From Stegostoma tigrinum (lineage: Eukaryota), in the NCBI RefSeq assembly GCF_030684315.1, contig NC_081383.1, positions 33,048,180 through 33,112,179 on the forward strand: a stretch of 64,000 bases of DNA. The letters run 5' to 3'. Positions 63,301 to 64,000 of this stretch are shown here, piece after piece. The notes beneath the pieces were generated by a model that saw only the letters and a program-made list of their open reading frames with translations, searched no databases and was not told where the DNA came from. Position 1 is the stretch's first letter. Every line of letters starts with the position of its first letter. Both the position numbers and the translations under genes were made by a program.

Positions 63301-63993
63301 GTGAAGCTATTCTTGGTGATGGTGACCATGTCACCAGTTTTTAAGGGGCAGCCCCATTGTCAGTGGTTAACACTGCTGCCTCATAGTGCCAGGGGCCTGG
63401 GTTTGATTCCATCCTCAGGTGACTGTCTGTGTGAAGTTTGCATGTTCTCCCTGCATGTGCATGGGTTCACTAAGGTGCTCCAGTTTCCTCCCACAGTCCA
63501 AAGATGTGCAGGTTAGGTGAGTTAGCTTTGGGAAATCTCCAGTTAAAGGGAGAGTGCTAAGGGTTGAGTCGGGTTGAGTCTGGGTGAGATGCTCTTCAGG
63601 GGGTCAGTGTGAACTCAACAAGCCAAATGGCTTGTTTCCATACACAGCGATTCTAAGTATTGGCTCTTCTAACTATCCCAATTATTGGTCCAGATGAAAT
63701 TATAAATCACCAGAAGTAAATTCTTTACAGAATGAACCTGAGGCCCTGCTAATAACACTGGTTGAATTAAAACCAAAAACCCAAATGAAGAAATTTAAAA
63801 TATTATGGAACCAAACATACAAAAATCCTAATTGTATTAATTTTGGATATGATTAGTTTGGGTTTTGCATATTAACAAATGTTCTTGCTTTTCTAGCTGG
63901 GGAAAATCCTGGGGCGAGGAAGGATACATGCGCATGATTAAAGGCAAAAATATGTGTGGAATTAAATATTGTGTTTCCTATCCCACAATCTGA
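47476..63993 (+). CDS. Papain-family (C1A) preprocathepsin, cathepsin L/S/K-like, divergent; coding exons 47476-47598, 49769-49891, 56443-56622, 59866-60087, 61157-61325, 62044-62146, 63897-63993 (1017 nt, 338 aa)
   Basis: Signal peptide, I29 propeptide with ERWNIN and AxNxFxD motifs, mature start IPKEVDWR, catalytic Cys (59881-59883), His (62082-62084), Asn (62142-62144), oxyanion Gln (KNQ), GCNGG, KNSWG..WGEEGY. Open frame across GT-AG introns at the cathepsin L/S/K positions. Exact orthology not assignable by eye. Confidence 0.93.
47850..48620 (+). mobile_element. Decayed L2-like LINE 3' fragment
   Basis: ORF 47823..48359 remnants ([12 protein letters not shown]...L.W...FK) resembling the L2 ORF2 C-terminus. 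Confidence 0.5.
48917..49216 (-). mobile_element. HE1-type SINE
   Basis: Reverse complement of the 16727 family. Confidence 0.78.
49457..49673. mobile_element. Palindromic mini element (pseudo-LTR of the 22601 family)
   Basis: Inverted arms centred near 49583; TSD gaagaaacat at 49447-49456 and 49674-49683. Confidence 0.78.
49769..49891 (+). CDS. Cathepsin propeptide exon (ERWNIN)
   Basis: ttttacag|[41 protein letters not shown]|gtgagt. Confidence 0.94.
50966..52721 (-). mobile_element. Penelope-like retroelement in a cathepsin intron, same family as 33645-35786
   Basis: ORF 51515..52552 ([12 protein letters not shown]) and 51312..51674 (VYC..YIGET); inverted terminal piece about 52576-52721; TSD cacatcttcatttacaa at 50949-50965 and 52722-52738. 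Confidence 0.93.
54246..54324. repeat. (CA)n microsatellite, about 39 units
   Basis: Uninterrupted CA run preceded by poly-C. Confidence 0.98.
55553..56045 (-). mobile_element. CR1 3' fragment
   Basis: ORFs 55641..55886 and 55822..56055 ([17 protein letters not shown]). Confidence 0.85.
56443..56622 (+). CDS. Cathepsin exon: acidic propeptide linker and mature N-terminus
   Basis: ttccag|[60 protein letters not shown]|gtacat. Confidence 0.92.
56910..57556 (-). mobile_element. Penelope-like 3' fragment (GIY-YIG end and pseudo-LTR)
   Basis: [35 protein letters not shown] remnants; terminus related to 33645 family. Confidence 0.85.
58083..58370 (-). mobile_element. CR1 3' fragment
   Basis: catagagt terminal repeats and 3' UTR shared with 20424 and 55553 copies. 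Confidence 0.8.
58987..59319 (-). mobile_element. HE1-type SINE
   Basis: Reverse complement with tRNA head ending gtgctgccc at 59319. Confidence 0.82.
59866..60087 (+). CDS. Cathepsin exon with catalytic Cys
   Basis: ctgcag|[18 protein letters not shown]...[23 protein letters not shown]...YPYQAK|gtatag. Confidence 0.95.
61157..61325 (+). CDS. Cathepsin exon (GPVSV region)
   Basis: ttgcag|RNDRCFFN...[23 protein letters not shown](G)|gtaaag. Confidence 0.93.
62044..62146 (+). CDS. Cathepsin exon with catalytic His and Asn
   Basis: ttgcag|[34 protein letters not shown](S)|gtaata. Confidence 0.95.
62705..63041 (+). mobile_element. tRNA-derived SINE, family of 29362
   Basis: Colinear with 29362-29700. 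Confidence 0.82.
63345..63657 (+). mobile_element. HE1-type SINE
   Basis: cagtggttaacactgctgcctca head, gggtttgattcc B box, V-like core. Confidence 0.82.
63897..63993 (+). CDS. Cathepsin last coding exon
   Basis: ttctag|(S)[31 protein letters not shown] with TGA at 63991-63993. Confidence 0.95.
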
Positions 63994-64000
63994 AGACTTT

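Noticed and set aside
47476-63993. Calling the protease cathepsin H, or a pseudogene
   Set aside because: Intron positions and ERWNIN are L/S/K-type and the mini-chain is absent; the frame, splice sites and catalytic residues are all intact.

Overview
Vertebrate genomic DNA, most likely a shark (HE1-type SINEs, shark-type CR1 LINEs and abundant Penelope-like elements; species not determinable from sequence alone). It holds two complete spliced genes arranged head-to-head about 24 kb apart. YJU2/CCDC94 (spliceosomal branching factor; 8 coding exons, 345 aa) lies on the minus strand at 4605-22146. A divergent papain-family (C1A) cysteine cathepsin with L/S/K exon structure (7 coding exons plus a probable non-coding first exon, 338 aa) lies on the plus strand at 47476-63993. 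The cathepsin has an intact catalytic triad but an altered active-site motif (CLSCYAF), cathepsin-H-like S2 residues, a very acidic propeptide linker and a strongly basic mature domain. The rest is mostly decayed retroelements: CR1/L2 fragments, two SINE families, and at least four Penelope-like families. Many of the Penelope-like copies are palindromic inserts with target-site duplications and minimal hammerhead-ribozyme motifs. There is a 132-N assembly gap and a (CA)n microsatellite. Exon coordinates were read by hand from splice sites and reading frame; repeat boundaries are approximate.
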